64,000 bases of DNA, taken from NCBI RefSeq assembly GCF_009914755.1, contig NC_060939.1; one strand, 5' to 3'. The DNA is from the human T2T-CHM13v2.0 reference genome, Homo sapiens. Each line of letters starts with the position of its first letter. The stretch's first letter is position 1. The notes beneath the pieces are model-generated. The model was not told where the DNA came from. It did not search any database and saw nothing but the letters and a program-made list of their open reading frames with translations. The position numbers were made by a program, and so were the translations under genes. Positions 44,186 through 57,851 of the stretch are shown one piece after another.

Positions 44186-46169
44186 GTAAGGGGGGCTGCA
44201 CCTCATGCATTCTGAAGCTCTGCAGGCTGTTTTAGCGCTTTGAACCCGGTAGCCATGTCCCTGGCCCTCCTGTATTGGGAGAAAGGCCGAGAAATCTGTG
44301 CACAGTGGAGGATGAGGGGTGAATGTAAGCCTCTTAAAGGAATATCTGAACAGGAAGCAATAGGTGCTTGGTAATCAGCATTGGACCACTTACTGTTGAA
44401 ATGTAATTTTACTTTCATTAAAATGGATTCTTATGCTTGGGAGAACCTCATACTGTTGAAAATCACAGAGAGAGAAATTCACCTTCCAAGTTGCTCTGTT
44501 TGTCCTTCTGTCTCTGTCACCCCTCCGCCCCCAGACTCCACCCCCATCTGCCTGGTCTCTTTCTCTGTCAGTCTCTCTGCCTCTGTCTTTTAAGTATTTC
44601 TGTCTTTTGTCTGAGTCTTTTCTGTTTTTCTGCTACTGTCTCGTTCAATTCTTTAGGGGAAGGATAGGCAACATTTATTTCTTTTGGAAGGATTTCCAAT
44701 AAACCTATCTATTAAGGTGGCAGAGCTGACCTTTTGGCTTGGTTTGACTGCTTTTCAGAGGTAGCTTCTGACTTTGTTGATAGCTGTATTTGTTTGTGTT
44801 CTCCGCATTAGTGATGTTTGGTGTCTAAGCAGGATGAGGGCGGAGACTCTGAATAGCTAATTGCTCACAGAAGGCATCCTTGAATCTAAAATTAGTAAGA
44901 ACTCCTCCAGCCGGTAAGATGAGAGTCTGGGAATGTTGGACAGCTCAAAGAGCACTTTTTGGAAATTTAGCAATTTTCTGGCAAAGGCAGGGGAAATTGG
45001 AAGTCAACCAAGCATTTCATAGATGACAGAAAGAACCTCAGTAACTGAACTTGTGAGGGTGTATGTGGAGGTGAGGGTCATTTTAAGCAAAGTGGAAATA
45101 TATTGCCTTGGTCAAGGAAATAGTGGACCTATTTTATTGATTTATCAATTCAGTTTATTACTTGGGTCTTTTCGATTTTTTTCTTTGGTCAAGTGAGGCT
45201 AAGGAATGGGCTCAGAAGGCTAGACACAAAAACCAATGAAATGCCATGTTGGGCAGGGCACTAGGTAGAGGCGTTGTGATTTGTGGTAGAGTGTTGTCAT
45301 TGTCTCTCCATAATCACTGTCAGGTGGTTGACTTGCTGGGCCTCGGCTGCCAGCAGTTGGTAACTTGGTGTTTTGAAATTGTTCCAAGATATTATTCATT
45401 TTGGTTTCTCAGAAATGTGATTTTCTCTGTGAGATCACGGTGATGTTTTAAAATTTTTGTCCTCATATAATGTATTTAGGAGAATCTCATTTTTAGGATC
45501 TTTATGTCCATGATACCCTATGATTTTGCCTGCGGGTGGGGAGAAGGATAAAAAGAAAATCTGAGTATCACAAGAAATATTGAACATTTAAAATAATGCT
45601 AAAATATATAATACTTTATACTCTAGGTGGGCATGGAAAGCCCTTGTGAATGGAGCTAAATCAGTACAGGCTTATTGGCCTCAGAGTTGCTGTTTTATAG
45701 TTTTAATGAAGCACCTCCATATACGTTACTTAATTTGAGACTTGCCAGGCAGTTACTTTTTACCCCATATTCATATGAAGAGCCCGAGGGTTTTCTCGAG
45801 CATGGTAAGGGGTATGAAGAATTTGAGTGACAAGAATGTGGTTTTTTGTTTTTTTGTTTTCCCCACAAACCTACAGCTAATAAAGGTGTTTGTCTTTGTG
45901 TATTTGTACTATCCTGCCCAATAAATAATAAAAGATTTTCAGTGGAGAAAACTTCACTTCTCAGAAAATAGTCATTAGTAAATAAACACTAGGAGTCCTG
46001 AAAACACCCTGTTTCCAGTTTGAAATAAGATGGGGACGTTTGGTGTTAGTTTCTTTGCTTTGGAGATGGAGAAGACCACATCTTTGAGAACTATAAACTC
46101 AAAGAAACCTAAGTACCTATCCCATGCGAGCCACGGGTTACAGTCTTTATCCCATTATTGCTTAAAGGT

Positions 46170-46660
46170 AGACAATAAATAGAGAAATAAATAAGTACAA
46201 ACTGTTATAATTGATTTGAAAGAAATGAGTAGGGTGCTGTGTAGGGAATAATGGGCAGAACTATTTCAGATAGAATGGTCTTTAGACAGAAGATCTTTTC
46301 GAGGTGCAGACATTTAAAAAGCTGATCTCCAGAGGATGGAAAGACACTAGCTATGCTAAGGAAGAGCTCTCTAGAAAGAATGAACAGTGAATACAGGGCC
46401 CTGAGGAAGGAAGGAATGGACAGGGCCATTGTGGTGGATGGGAGCACCTTGAGTGGAAAGTGGGGTAGCAGGATGAGAAGGCCGGAGCCAGAGGTGGGAC
46501 CTGGAAGAGCAGGGCCTTAACAGCTATGGGGAGGATGCCTTACCTCTCAGTGTACGTGTTGAAAAGATTATTCTGGTAGTAATCGGTTAGCCTGCCGTTA
46601 TGATAGCACAGGCAGGATAAGAGGATTTTGTGGTCTGAAGTGGGAAGAAGTGAATGGATA
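46170..46660 (-). mobile_element. L2 fragment
   Basis: Purine-rich degenerate L2 (acatttaaaaagctga..., aaaagattattctgg). Confidence 0.45.
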
Positions 46661-49587
46661 TGAGACACAGGCATATAGTGTTTACATTCCTACTCTTTGT
46701 CTCATTTTACGTACAGGAAAACAGATTGGTGTAGTTAATAACTTTCCCAGTGTCTCACATCTCATATGTAATTGATAATAGAGTGCAGTCCCAGGTTGGA
46801 CTGTTTTCAAAGTCCATGTTTTTCCTGCTATTCTAGACCTCTTTTTTGAGTCGATAAATTCCTCTTATTACATGAATATGTATATTAGCTTTTATTGATA
46901 TAAGCGTATGTGTTCTTTTTCTATCTTAGACTTTTGTTCTCTTCTTTCTCAGTGCAGGAATTCCTTCTACAATACTTAGGATAGGTACACCATGTCATAT
47001 AAGTTCATTTTGTCCCATGATTTTTAGCAAAGTTTTCTCACAATTCTAAAAAACCATTTGGTAGTGTTCTCCAATTATTTCTACAAAATTATTTCTAATT
47101 TCAGTATTTTCTATCAGTGTTTTAAAAACTATAGTTGGGTGCCTGTGCCACATAAATTCTCAAGCCGTCATGTGCACTTTCTCCACTTTTATCTGTGGAA
47201 ATTTGCTTTTTTGTACTAAGGAGTTTGTCATTTTTATCTGTTCATTAATATTATCTAAACACTCAAAACAACGTTTGTTGGTTAAATGAATTTATCTTTG
47301 TAAGTATGGATTCATAAGCATCATGTTATATAAATTGTGTTTAACAGATGAGGTGAAATATGGCAGTAATTACAGAGTTTAAATTGTGAGCCTGTCACTT
47401 TGGTATTCCACATTTAACAACTCCAATCCCTCCCATTGGCATCCTAATAATTCACTGTAGATTAGCTTCAGCATTCTCATTCTGTGTTATATACCCACGC
47501 TTTATTTGGCTGCTTCTGCATTCTGCCCTGCTTCCTTTGTTAGTTCTGCATAGTTTCACGGTAGCTTTTCTGTATCAAGACCTTCTTGTAAGATTTCCCT
47601 GAGGCTGGGTACGCTAGTGTCATCCTCACATCAGCTCTTCTGTCCCATCATCAACCCCCAATGCCTCTGAAATATTACCTCTATTCTGAACTTTTTCTAA
47701 GTAATAAAACCTAAGTTGATAGTATTCCTTGGTCACCCACCTGTCTGTTCTCCAGCGTAACATACACATACCCATTCCTGTTCCTCTGTATATGACATTC
47801 CCCCAGTTCTCCTTTTCTTGATGCATGCACTTCTGACTCTTACAGTATGTGGTTGGTAACTATGAATCATATGCTAAAAATGGGATATGAAAGAATTGTA
47901 ATTGTTGGCATGGGCCCTTTGGTACCAATATGCCCATTTTCCTCAGCATCCTTCAAAAAGCTAGTGTTGACCTCGGAAGTTGGTAACTGATGGGAGCTTT
48001 CACCTAACTGAGTTCAGTAGCCAACTTTAGCTCATGGTGAGCATTACTAGAGGACAGCAGGTATCAGAAACTGACTGTAAAATTAGTGTACCAAAAGGAA
48101 GCAGGTCAGAATCAAGGATTAACTGCTGATTTGCACTGCTTTTAGCCTGGGCCATTGCTATTTTACTAATTTTATAACTTTGGGTACCTGGAAAAATACT
48201 GCCTGTTAATAGTAATGTGATTCTTCTTGTTACTGATGATTTATAGAGAGTATTTTATAGGCAGTAATTCAGAACATTAATTAGCTGAATGGTTAAAAGA
48301 TTTGCAACTGTGTTTTGTTTACATTGAATGAAAATATTTACAGAGCAGGACGATTCCCCCCCGACTCACGACACTTGGGCAGGCCACACGAGCTCATTGG
48401 CTAAGGCTGAGGAGGAATAGTCTGTCTCTAATTATGGTGTCATTTTGCAGAGAAACACACATTCCCTAAAAGTTTGCTTACTGTAAGAGATGTCCGCATT
48501 GCAACAAAACAAAAGACATAAGGAGGCTCTGGATTGAAGACAACCACATATATAGCCACTCAGATACTGTCCAATTCCCTGAAAAGACTTTGACTCAAGT
48601 GTTGGCTTCTATGTCCGGATGGTGGGTTTTTGCTTCCTTTTGTTCAGCCTTGTAGCTCAGGCAGGATCTCCTGAGACAGTTGCAGAGGAAGTAAATATGG
48701 TTAGTGGCTGGGAAGGCTGGGTGTAACCATGAGCTGTATTATTAGGATGTTCAGATACGAACAGTAACAGAAACACTGCCAGAAACAAAGACAATTCCCT
48801 CTCCACTGAAAATATGTACAGCTCTATTTCTGACTGATGGGAACACATTGTGGGTGTGGTTTAGGGATAATCACAAGGGGTCCATAGGCTTCATGTCAGA
48901 AATTTCAGAGTAACCTGGATAGGTCTGGCATTTCTTCTGAGGTAACTTCCATTATCCCATATTTCATGTGCACCATAATTCACCAGAAGTTTGGATGTTG
49001 AATACCTGCGGTGTCCATGAACTGGTTGTCATGGAGATAATATGGACAAAGGAAAACCAATGACTATGTTTTGTAGCTAAAGTGTCATAAATGTGATTAG
49101 AGCCAAAATGTATGTTTTGGTGACTTGTCTCTCTAAAAGATGTAGATGTTTAATGGTAAAATCTCTGTTTTCCACATTTCCAGCTACTTGCTTCTCTACA
49201 TCACCCATTCACTTTCCTACCCATTTAGTCAGTTGCCAGTCCTATACTTTGTTCACAGCTGAAGATTCCAAAAGGGTAAATCTGAATAGAAAGATACATA
49301 ATCATCTTCATTTTTCTCTTTAAACTCAAATTATTTGCATTGCCAACACTGATGATTTTTTCCTATCCCGTCTCCTAATTCTGCTGATGATCAGAATCTT
49401 TTGCCAAGCCTAGTCTCAGAACTGACTGAGAAGAGTGTTGATAGTATAAGGATCCAATTTATCTGTTAGCGTGAAAACCTCAGTCTTTGAATCACGTTTG
49501 GAAAAGAGACTAACATGAGAACAGGATCCCTTTAATGAAAAAAATGTCTGGTGGCTTTTGATTTCCTGCAGTGTATGTTTCAGATGT

Positions 49588-49716
49588 GGCCAGGCACAGT
49601 GGCTCACATCACGCCTGTAACCCCAGCACTTTGGGAGATTGAGACAAGAGGATCACTTGAGGCCAGGAGTTCAAGACCAGCCTGAGCATCCTAGCAAGAC
49701 CCCCATCGCTTAAAAA
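49588..49716 (+). mobile_element. FLAM / Alu monomer
   Basis: ggccaggcacagtggctcac...agcaagacccccatc. Confidence 0.85.
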
Positions 49717-50244
49717 ACGAAGTTTCAGATGTCTTTCCATGTATGTACTCAGGGCCTGGCATTGTATCTGGCCTGTAGGAAGCACTCTGACAGTGTTTCA
49801 AATGGAGCCACATAGTGTGGCGTTTAAGTTGCCTTGGTTGTTTGAGTGAGAAAGAAATAGTGGAGTTGTTGATGAATAGAACCAAGACTAGAACAAATGT
49901 ATCTGCCACATCAATGATTCTGAAATAGGGCAGAAGGAGGGGGGAGATGTTTTGTAATCAACTTTACATCTCTTAAGCAGCTTACTTTATAGTAAGCACA
50001 ATATTCTTCACACATGAATATGATACGCTTGGTGGTATTGCTGTTTCACAGGATGTGGTTGAAAATGCTGATACATGTTTTGACATTCTTTCCACACACA
50101 GTACATATGGAGCTTGTCCTCTGGTTAATGACATTGACCATGATTGGTAGTGTCTGGCCCAGATTACTGGCTCTGACTCTAACTGTGTGGGCTGCCTGAC
50201 TACTTTTCTCTAAACAAGCTTGCATATCTCTAACTGCTGCTCAT

Positions 50245-51015
50245 TCATTTCTTAATTGTGATAAAAGGTACATACCATAAATTTTAACCATTTTTAGGTA
50301 TATAGTTCAGTGGCATTAAGTACATTCACATTGTTATATAACCATCCCACCAGCTGTCTCTCCAGAACTTTTTCATATTCCCAAACTGGAATTCTTTACC
50401 TGTTAAAACACTAACTTCCCATTCTCTTTGCTTGCTAGTTTGGCAACTACCGTTCTATTTTCTGTCTCTATGAATTTGACTGCTCTAGGTACTAAGTGGA
50501 GTCATACAACATTTGTCCTTTTGTGACTGTCTTATTTCACTTAGCATAATATCTTCAAGGTTCATCCATATTATAGCATGTGTCAGAATTTCCTTTCTAA
50601 GGCAAACTAATATTCAATTGTAAGTATATACCATATTTTGTTTACCCATTCATCCATCAATTGACATTGGGCTGTTGCCCCCATTTGGCTGTTGCAAATA
50701 ATGCTGTTATGAGCATTGGTATACAAATATCTGTTTGAGTTCCTGCTTGCAGTTCTTTGCATGTATACCCAGAAGTGGAATTGCTGGATCATAAGGTAAT
50801 TGTATGTTTAATTTTTTTTTTTTTGAGAAACTGTCATACTGTTTTCCGCAGTGCCTGCACCATTTTACATTCCCACCAGCAATGAACAAGAATTCCAATT
50901 TCAACACATCCTCGCCAACACTTATTTTCTATCTTTTTTTGTTTAAATGATGGCTGTCCTGTTGGATATGAAGTGTTATTTCATTGTGGTTTTGATTTGC
51001 ATTTCCCTAATGCAC
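50245..51015 (-). mobile_element. L1MB-like 3' end
   Basis: agttcagtggcattaagtacattcacattgtt...cattgtggttttgatttgcatttccctaatg. Confidence 0.87.
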
Positions 51016-51719
51016 ACTTACTTTTGTCCTGTTTGTGTTTGTAAGAAGCCAGCAAGTATGAGCTTTCCAAACCACCCCATCTGCGAATAGGTATTATTTA
51101 CTATGAATGCCACCTTTAGTGTGTCTTTTCTTTTTGCAAGCTCTGCCTTTGCTCTCCTGCTTGCTCTTTTCGTCTGTTATCTCAAGAACAAATGAAGCTA
51201 GCGCCAGCCTTTCTCTCAAGCTTCCGAAACCTTGTGTAACCATTTGCAGGACATATTGTTATTTCAAACTCAACATGGGCAAATGGAGTACATCATCTTC
51301 TTCCCTCTAGATTTCCTATTTCTGTTCATTGTGGATCTTTGACCCGTTTTTCTCTCTTACTTCTGTGAATTTTGCCCTTTGTACTAGCTCTCTGATGTAT
51401 ACCTTTTATGTGCTTCCCAGTCCAGGTATACACTACCTCTAGACTAGACTAGTTCAGGCTCATCCTAATTGGCTTTTGTGTCTCAGATACTGTGTGTTTC
51501 CTTCCTCCCTACTCTCCCATTGTATCTGTACACATCTAGAGTTATTGGCCAAGTATAGTACTGATCTTTTTACTACCTTTCTTATATGATTGACAGGGTC
51601 CACCCTTGTTAGAGAACAAAGCCTAGATTCATTGTAGCTGTATCTCCTGTTGTTCTTCCTTGCTCAGTTTACATTTCTGGATACTGTTGGGCTTTTTGTG
51701 TTCCTGAAAAACATCAAAA

Positions 51720-51865
51720 GCAAAGGTCTTTAGCCTGGGTTATGAGGTTATGCAAAGAACCGCCGATTGTGACGTAGTGTGCACGTTCCTGGTGAGGGTT
51801 CCATGGCTTCCTGCAGATTCTTGAAGGAGTCTGTGACGTGAAAGGCTATGAAGTCCAGCTCTGGA
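51720..51865. mobile_element. Degenerate hAT-Charlie MITE fragment
   Basis: cagattcttgaaggagtctgtgac resembles a Charlie/MER end. Confidence 0.35.
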
Positions 51866-52928
51866 GTGTCCTAACTGCTTTGCTCATGCTTTTTTCGTAT
51901 AGCTAGAATTCCCTGCCTTACCATCTTTCTCTTGCAAGTATATTGTCCGCTTTTAAAGCCTACCTCATATACCAACGCTTTTGTTGAGCTTTTCCCAGAT
52001 TCTTGAGCAGGAATTATTTTCATGCTGGGGACTTTCTTTTGTGGATTTTAGCTATTTGTGTACCTATTGTATTACACAAATTAATCAGTGTTTCCAAACT
52101 TATAGGCCATGGTTTGTGGAGCTGTCTCACTGAATCTGATAATCCGTAGACTCATAAGGATGTATGTATATATCTATCATCTTGGGATGTCAAGCCTTCG
52201 TAACCCAAGGCATTTTGTGTTAAAATTATACTTATAAACCGTGGTAGCTACTATGCCAATTGTAATCAGAATCATCTTTTTCACCTTCTTGTCTATTGCT
52301 GTACCTTAACCTGGTTTCTTGCCTAAAGTGAGCACTCCATAAGTGCTGCTGGCTAGTTGTGTGGATGAGTGTCAGTGTGTAGCTGACAGCAAGATAGTGT
52401 TAAGAAGCCGCCTTCTGCTAGATTTCCCAATCCTGGTGCAGAAGCCCCGAATTATCGGAAATGTTACTGTTCTTCAGTATGGGTTTTACTTTTAAATGTT
52501 TACGAATGAAGCCTAATTCAGAAGAGAGAACCTGCCCGAAAGTGTGCATCATCTCAGATCTGCTTGAGCTTCTTGTGTTCTTAGAGACAGTGAGCCTCCT
52601 CAGGACATCATTGTTAATTAACTGCTGGTGATTAAAACCACAGGATTCTAGTAATTGACAGAGCCAACAACAAACAAACAGCAGTTTTTTTTTCAGTTAC
52701 AGCATTTTGATATTTAAAAAAATTGGTATCCAGTTTCATATTTTACTTGTGTCATTTCAGTAATGCCTTATTTTCTAAATATTTTTGTCTAAATCAACAA
52801 TGACTGTTTTCCAATAAATCTTTCTTGAAGATGTGAAATACACTTTGCCAAACTTATTCAATTTAATACTAAAAAATTGTAAACAATTATTATTGAATTC
52901 TAAGACAAATATAAGAATAAGAAGAGAT

Positions 52929-53200
52929 GGCACAGTGGCTCGCGGCTGCAATCCTAATGCTTTGGGAAGCCGAGGTGGGAGGATTGCTTGAGGCTTGGAG
53001 TTCAAGACCAGCCTAAGCAACATTGTGAGACCCCTGCCTCTCCAAAAAAATTTTTAAAAAACAACTGGGCATGGTGGCACATGCCTGTAGTCCTAGCTAC
53101 CCAGGAGGCTGAGGCAGGAAGATTGCTTGAGCCCAGGAGTTTGAGGCTGCAGTGAGGTATGATTGCACCACTGTACTCCAGCCTGGGGTGACAGCTTCTT
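52929..53200 (+). mobile_element. AluJ SINE followed by a purine-rich tract (to about 53282)
   Basis: gcccaggagtttgaggctgcagtgag (J diagnostics). Confidence 0.87.
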
Positions 53201-53774
53201 CTTCTGAAAAGGAAGGAAGTGAGGGAAGGAGGGAAAATGAAAGGAGAAAGAAGAAAAAGGGAAAAGAACAAGAAGAGACTCTTGAGGGGGAAATTTGTGG
53301 TGGACTGGAAGTGAGGAAACCTTGGGTCCTCTGTTTTGAAATATTTATTACTTTCATCAAATTACTTTGCCTCCTTTGGCCTCAGGTTTTTTATGGGTCT
53401 AGTAAAGGGAAGCAGGGCTGTAATCCTCAGGGAGTCTCTCCACTTTTTTCTTCAGAATCACTGAGGATAATGAATTCAAAGATTATTCATTAGGCATCCA
53501 CCATGAACCATGCACTTACTACTCATTGGGGAGATCCGTTAAATAGATGCGATTTTGTTCTCTGGAAGCTTATGGTCTTTTGAGCAGATAAAGCTATAAA
53601 TACAATATAGTTCATCTACATGTATGCTCTCCACAAATCACCAAGCCTCACTGAGTGTGTTTTCTTCCTCTCTAAAATGGCAACATGCCTTCTCAGGGGT
53701 ATGTAAAAAGGTCAAATCTATGGGATGGTACTTTAAAGTATCATGAATCTAGAAATATAATGAGTTCCTTTACA

Positions 53775-53777
<3 letters not shown>

Positions 53778-53812
<35 letters not shown>

Positions 53813-54028
53813 AGACAGTGTCTGGCTGTGTCACCCAGGCTGGAGTGCAGCAGTGCTGTCTTGGCTCACTGAAACCTCCACCTCCCGGGCTCAAGCCAGC
53901 CTCCCACCTCAGCCTCCTGAGTAGCTGGGATTACAGGCGCCCACAACCATGTCCAGCTAATTTTTGTATTTTTTGTGGAGACAGGGTTTTTCCATGTTGC
54001 CCAGGCTGGTCTTGAACTCCTGAGCTCA
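53778..54028 (-). mobile_element. AluJ SINE, 5'-truncated, with long T tract
   Basis: About T34 followed by antisense Alu. Confidence 0.87.
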
Positions 54029-54173
54029 CAGTTGCCAAATTCAGTAACTTCTTTTTGTTTTGTATCTGCTTTGACTTCTCTGCAGCAGCTTCTGTGAAGC
54101 TCTAATCTCCCGAGTTCTCTGGCTCTTAGACACTGGTGTGTGCCATCTCTGACTTCTCTATTCTCTGTTTTTT

Positions 54174-54174
<1 letters not shown>

Positions 54175-54225
<51 letters not shown>

Positions 54226-54246
54226 CATGAACTAAGATGGAAAATT

Positions 54247-54300
<54 letters not shown>

Positions 54301-54324
54301 ATGAACTAAGATGGAAAATTGTAA
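54175..54324. repeat. Compound repeat: two (CA)n tracts, each followed by the same 24-mer
   Basis: atgaactaagatggaaaattgtaa at 54227-54250 and 54301-54324. Confidence 0.95.
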
Positions 54325-54769
54325 TTCCGGCCCAGTGTCTCTGTATATATAACATTTGTGACCCAACCAGAAATATACGTAGCACGAAAATACTCTATGC
54401 AATGTGGTGTTCCATTCACTGTCATTCCCATCTCTATTAATTACAGCATGCATTGTCCAAGTGAACACACATTTCATTGTCTACTATGCAAGATGCTATG
54501 GTAGGCTTATTGACCGACCTAACATTTTCACATCTCACATGTAAGCTGTGAGTTCTTTGAGGACAAGCTATTTTACTACTTCTGCTTTTAAGGCTTGGTT
54601 GGTACAGTGTTTATTATATAGAAGATACTTAACACAGTTTTTAAAAAATAGAAGGATAGAAACATCCCAGCATGGCGAGCCTTACATCTTCACACAATCT
54701 TCCTTTTCTAGAAAGTAACAATAGATTTTAAAATAGATTTTTCCATTAAAAAAAAGAAACTCAGGATGA

Positions 54770-55490
54770 GCACCCATGTCACACCTACTGTGGTAGCTAC
54801 AATAAGAAAGATAACAAAAATAGGTGTTGACAAGAATGTAGAAAAATTGTTGAATGGTACAGCCACTTTGGAAAACAGTCTGACATCTCCTTAAAGTATT
54901 AAACATAAAGTTACCATGTATGTAACCCAGCAGTTCCAGTCCTAGGCGTATGCCCAGGAGAATTGAAAACATGTCCACACAAAAACTCTGAATGTTCATA
55001 GCAGCATCATTCGTCACAGTCAGAAAGTGAAAAAAAAAACAACCACCCAGATTTCCATCAACTGATGCATATAGATAAGTAAAATGTGGATATATCCATA
55101 CAGTAGAATATTATTTGGAAATAAAAGAAGTAAAGTACTGTTACATGCTTCAACATGGGTGAACCTCAAAAACATTTTGCTAAGTGAAAGAACCCAGCAT
55201 GAAAGACCAAATAATGTGTGACTCTATTTGTATGAAATGTCCTGAGTAAGCAAATTTGTAGAGATAGAAATACATTCGTGGCTCTCTAGGCACTAGGGGA
55301 CAGGGGATGGGGGTGAGGCATGACTACTAATGGATATAGGGTTTCTTTTTGTCAAGATAAAAATGTTTAAAATTACATAGTGGTGATGGTTACACAACTC
55401 TATGAATATACTAGTACTATTGAATTATATACGTTAAATGGGCCAGTTTTCTAGTATGTGAATTACATCTCAATAAGGATGTTAAAATGC
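54770..55490 (+). mobile_element. L1MB/MC 3' end, sense
   Basis: tggtacagccactttggaaaacagt...gctaagtgaaagaa...tgtgaattacatctcaataa. Confidence 0.85.
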
Positions 55491-55496
55491 AAAATA

Positions 55497-55509
55497 ACAC
55501 ACACACACT

Positions 55510-55562
<53 letters not shown>
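55497..55562. repeat. (CA)/(CT)n/(CA)n compound microsatellite
   Basis: Direct reading. Confidence 0.93.
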
Positions 55563-55566
<4 letters not shown>

Positions 55567-55800
55567 TGCAATGTGGTGATTTGGATGGGATCCTGGAACA
55601 GAAAGAGAACACTAATGGGAAAACAAGTGAAATCCAAATAAAGTCCGGAGTTTACTTAATAGTAATGTACCAGTGTTGGTTTCTTAGTATTGACAACTGT
55701 GTTATGGTTATGTAAGATGTTAACGTTGGAGAAACCAGTGAGGAAGGGAGTGGGGATAAACGGGAACTTTCTGTGCTGTCTTTGCAAACTAAAGTTATTT
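55563..55800 (+). mobile_element. L1MC 3' fragment
   Basis: aaatgcaatgtgg...ggatcctggaacagaaa...gtaagatgttaac. Confidence 0.7.
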
Positions 55801-56089
55801 CTACTTTTTATGTATACTATTTTTTGTATCAGCCTGAAGTTGTTACAAAATAAGTTTATCAAGATAAATTTTTTAAAAATAAAAGAAATATATAACCATT
55901 GAAGAAAATTTGGGAAACTACAGGAAAGTTAAAAGGAATATAAGTTGTCTCTTTGTGGTCGTTCAGACATATCCACCCAATTGAAAATAGATTAGGAGAT
56001 TGCACCACAGAAGTGTAACATGTCAAGAGATTTTTGGCTGCCACTGTGTGTAAAATTTTTAATACTATATAATATATACTAATTGTTAA

Positions 56090-56589
56090 TGTGGTGGATC
56101 GGAAATTGTTCCGTACTTGCAAGCTGGCAAGTTAACTTACATCCTGACACAGTTTCATGGGTGCTGGCTGAAGTCATGGCATTCTAGGGTCAGAGACAGG
56201 TAAATGTATTACTCATTGCATAGCCAGCAGCATCAGCATCACCTTCTCGTTGGTTCTCCTTGCTTCCTAAGCCCTATGCAGGCAACACGAAGGGGTCCAG
56301 GTTGATGCTGTGTCACAGCTGAGAAATCTAAACCTGAAGAAATCTGAATTTTTATACAGTGGACAGTAAGCCTGTGTGACCTTTGCCCTTGACTGAGACA
56401 TTATCTTTATAATACTGGACAGAAACAAACCTGCCCTTTGCTTCGGAAGGAAACAGTATTTTTATCTTCTAAGGGTGTTTGATATACAAACAGTCTTGAA
56501 AAGATAGTCTAGAATAAAAGGACCATCAGGGCTTTTGCTGATAAAACCTGCAGAAATGCAAGAGGGACATGGAGAATTGTTTTCCAACA
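56090..56589 (-). mobile_element. LTR40-like (ERVL) solo LTR
   Basis: Minus strand starts TGTTGGAAAACAATTCTCCATG, contains ctagactatcttttcaag and gcaaagggcaggtttg, ends in CA; about 500 bp. Confidence 0.75.
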
Positions 56590-56591
56590 TG

Positions 56592-56631
56592 ATTATGTTC
56601 TCATCACTGTTATTATGTTCTCATCACTGTT
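56592..56631. repeat. Perfect 20-bp tandem duplication
   Basis: attatgttctcatcactgtt x2. Confidence 0.92.
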
Positions 56632-56880
56632 ACTCAGAAATTAGCATATTTACTTAAAGATATGTAACTTTAATTTTGTTCTAGTAGTATGTGTTTATTG
56701 TATATAATTTTGTAAAATATGAAACTCACTTTATGTAACACATGTACCTAAAATGACAGGAAAAGTATAGAGAGTCTTAGTTGCTTGCATATTCAAGGCA
56801 AATAATGTTCACTTTACTCATTGGCTGTGGAATGACATGTGGTATTGAGAAGGTAATGAAAAGTATTCTAAGAAATAAAA

Positions 56881-57173
56881 TTTTTTTTTTTTGAGGCGGA
56901 ATCTTGCTCTGTCGCTAGGCTGGAGTGCTGTGGCGTGATCTTGGCTCACTGCAACCTCTGACTCCATGGTTCAAGCGATTCTCCTGTCTCAGCCTCCCAA
57001 GTAGCTGGGACTACAGGCATGTGCCACCACGCCCAGATAATTTTTGTATTTTTTCAGTAGAGACAGGGTTTCACTATGTTGGCCAGGATGATCTCGAACT
57101 CCTAACCTTGTGATCCGCCTGCCTCGGCCTCCCAAAGTGCTGGGATTACAGGCATGTGCCACCGCGCCCGGCA
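56881..57173 (-). mobile_element. AluSc-like SINE
   Basis: Antisense Alu; TSD agaaata(a/g)aatttt. Confidence 0.9.
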
Positions 57174-57470
57174 GAAATAGAATTTTAATAGGGTTTTCTA
57201 AACTGTTGGCCCCTTGTTGAAGGTCAAGGTAAGAGACAGTAATATGGTAATTCGTAGTAGTTCATTTCCACATTCTTTACTTATCACTAAAGAATCATCT
57301 GAGCTCTTTTATTTCTGTAAACTAAACTTGTTGCTGTATTCATGCAGCCTCTTCTTATTACAGGAATAATAGGGGCGGGGGGGGAGTAATTTTTTCCCTT
57401 CCAGCTTAAAAGTGTAGTTTTGTATTGCAGTACAGTGGTTCTATTAGCAGAGAATCTTATTTCACAGTAA

Positions 57471-57851
<381 letters not shown>

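Noticed and set aside
54175-54324. Repeat-spacer-repeat pattern resembling a mini CRISPR array
   Set aside because: Only two copies, the spacer is (CA)n, the context is a human intron and there are no cas genes
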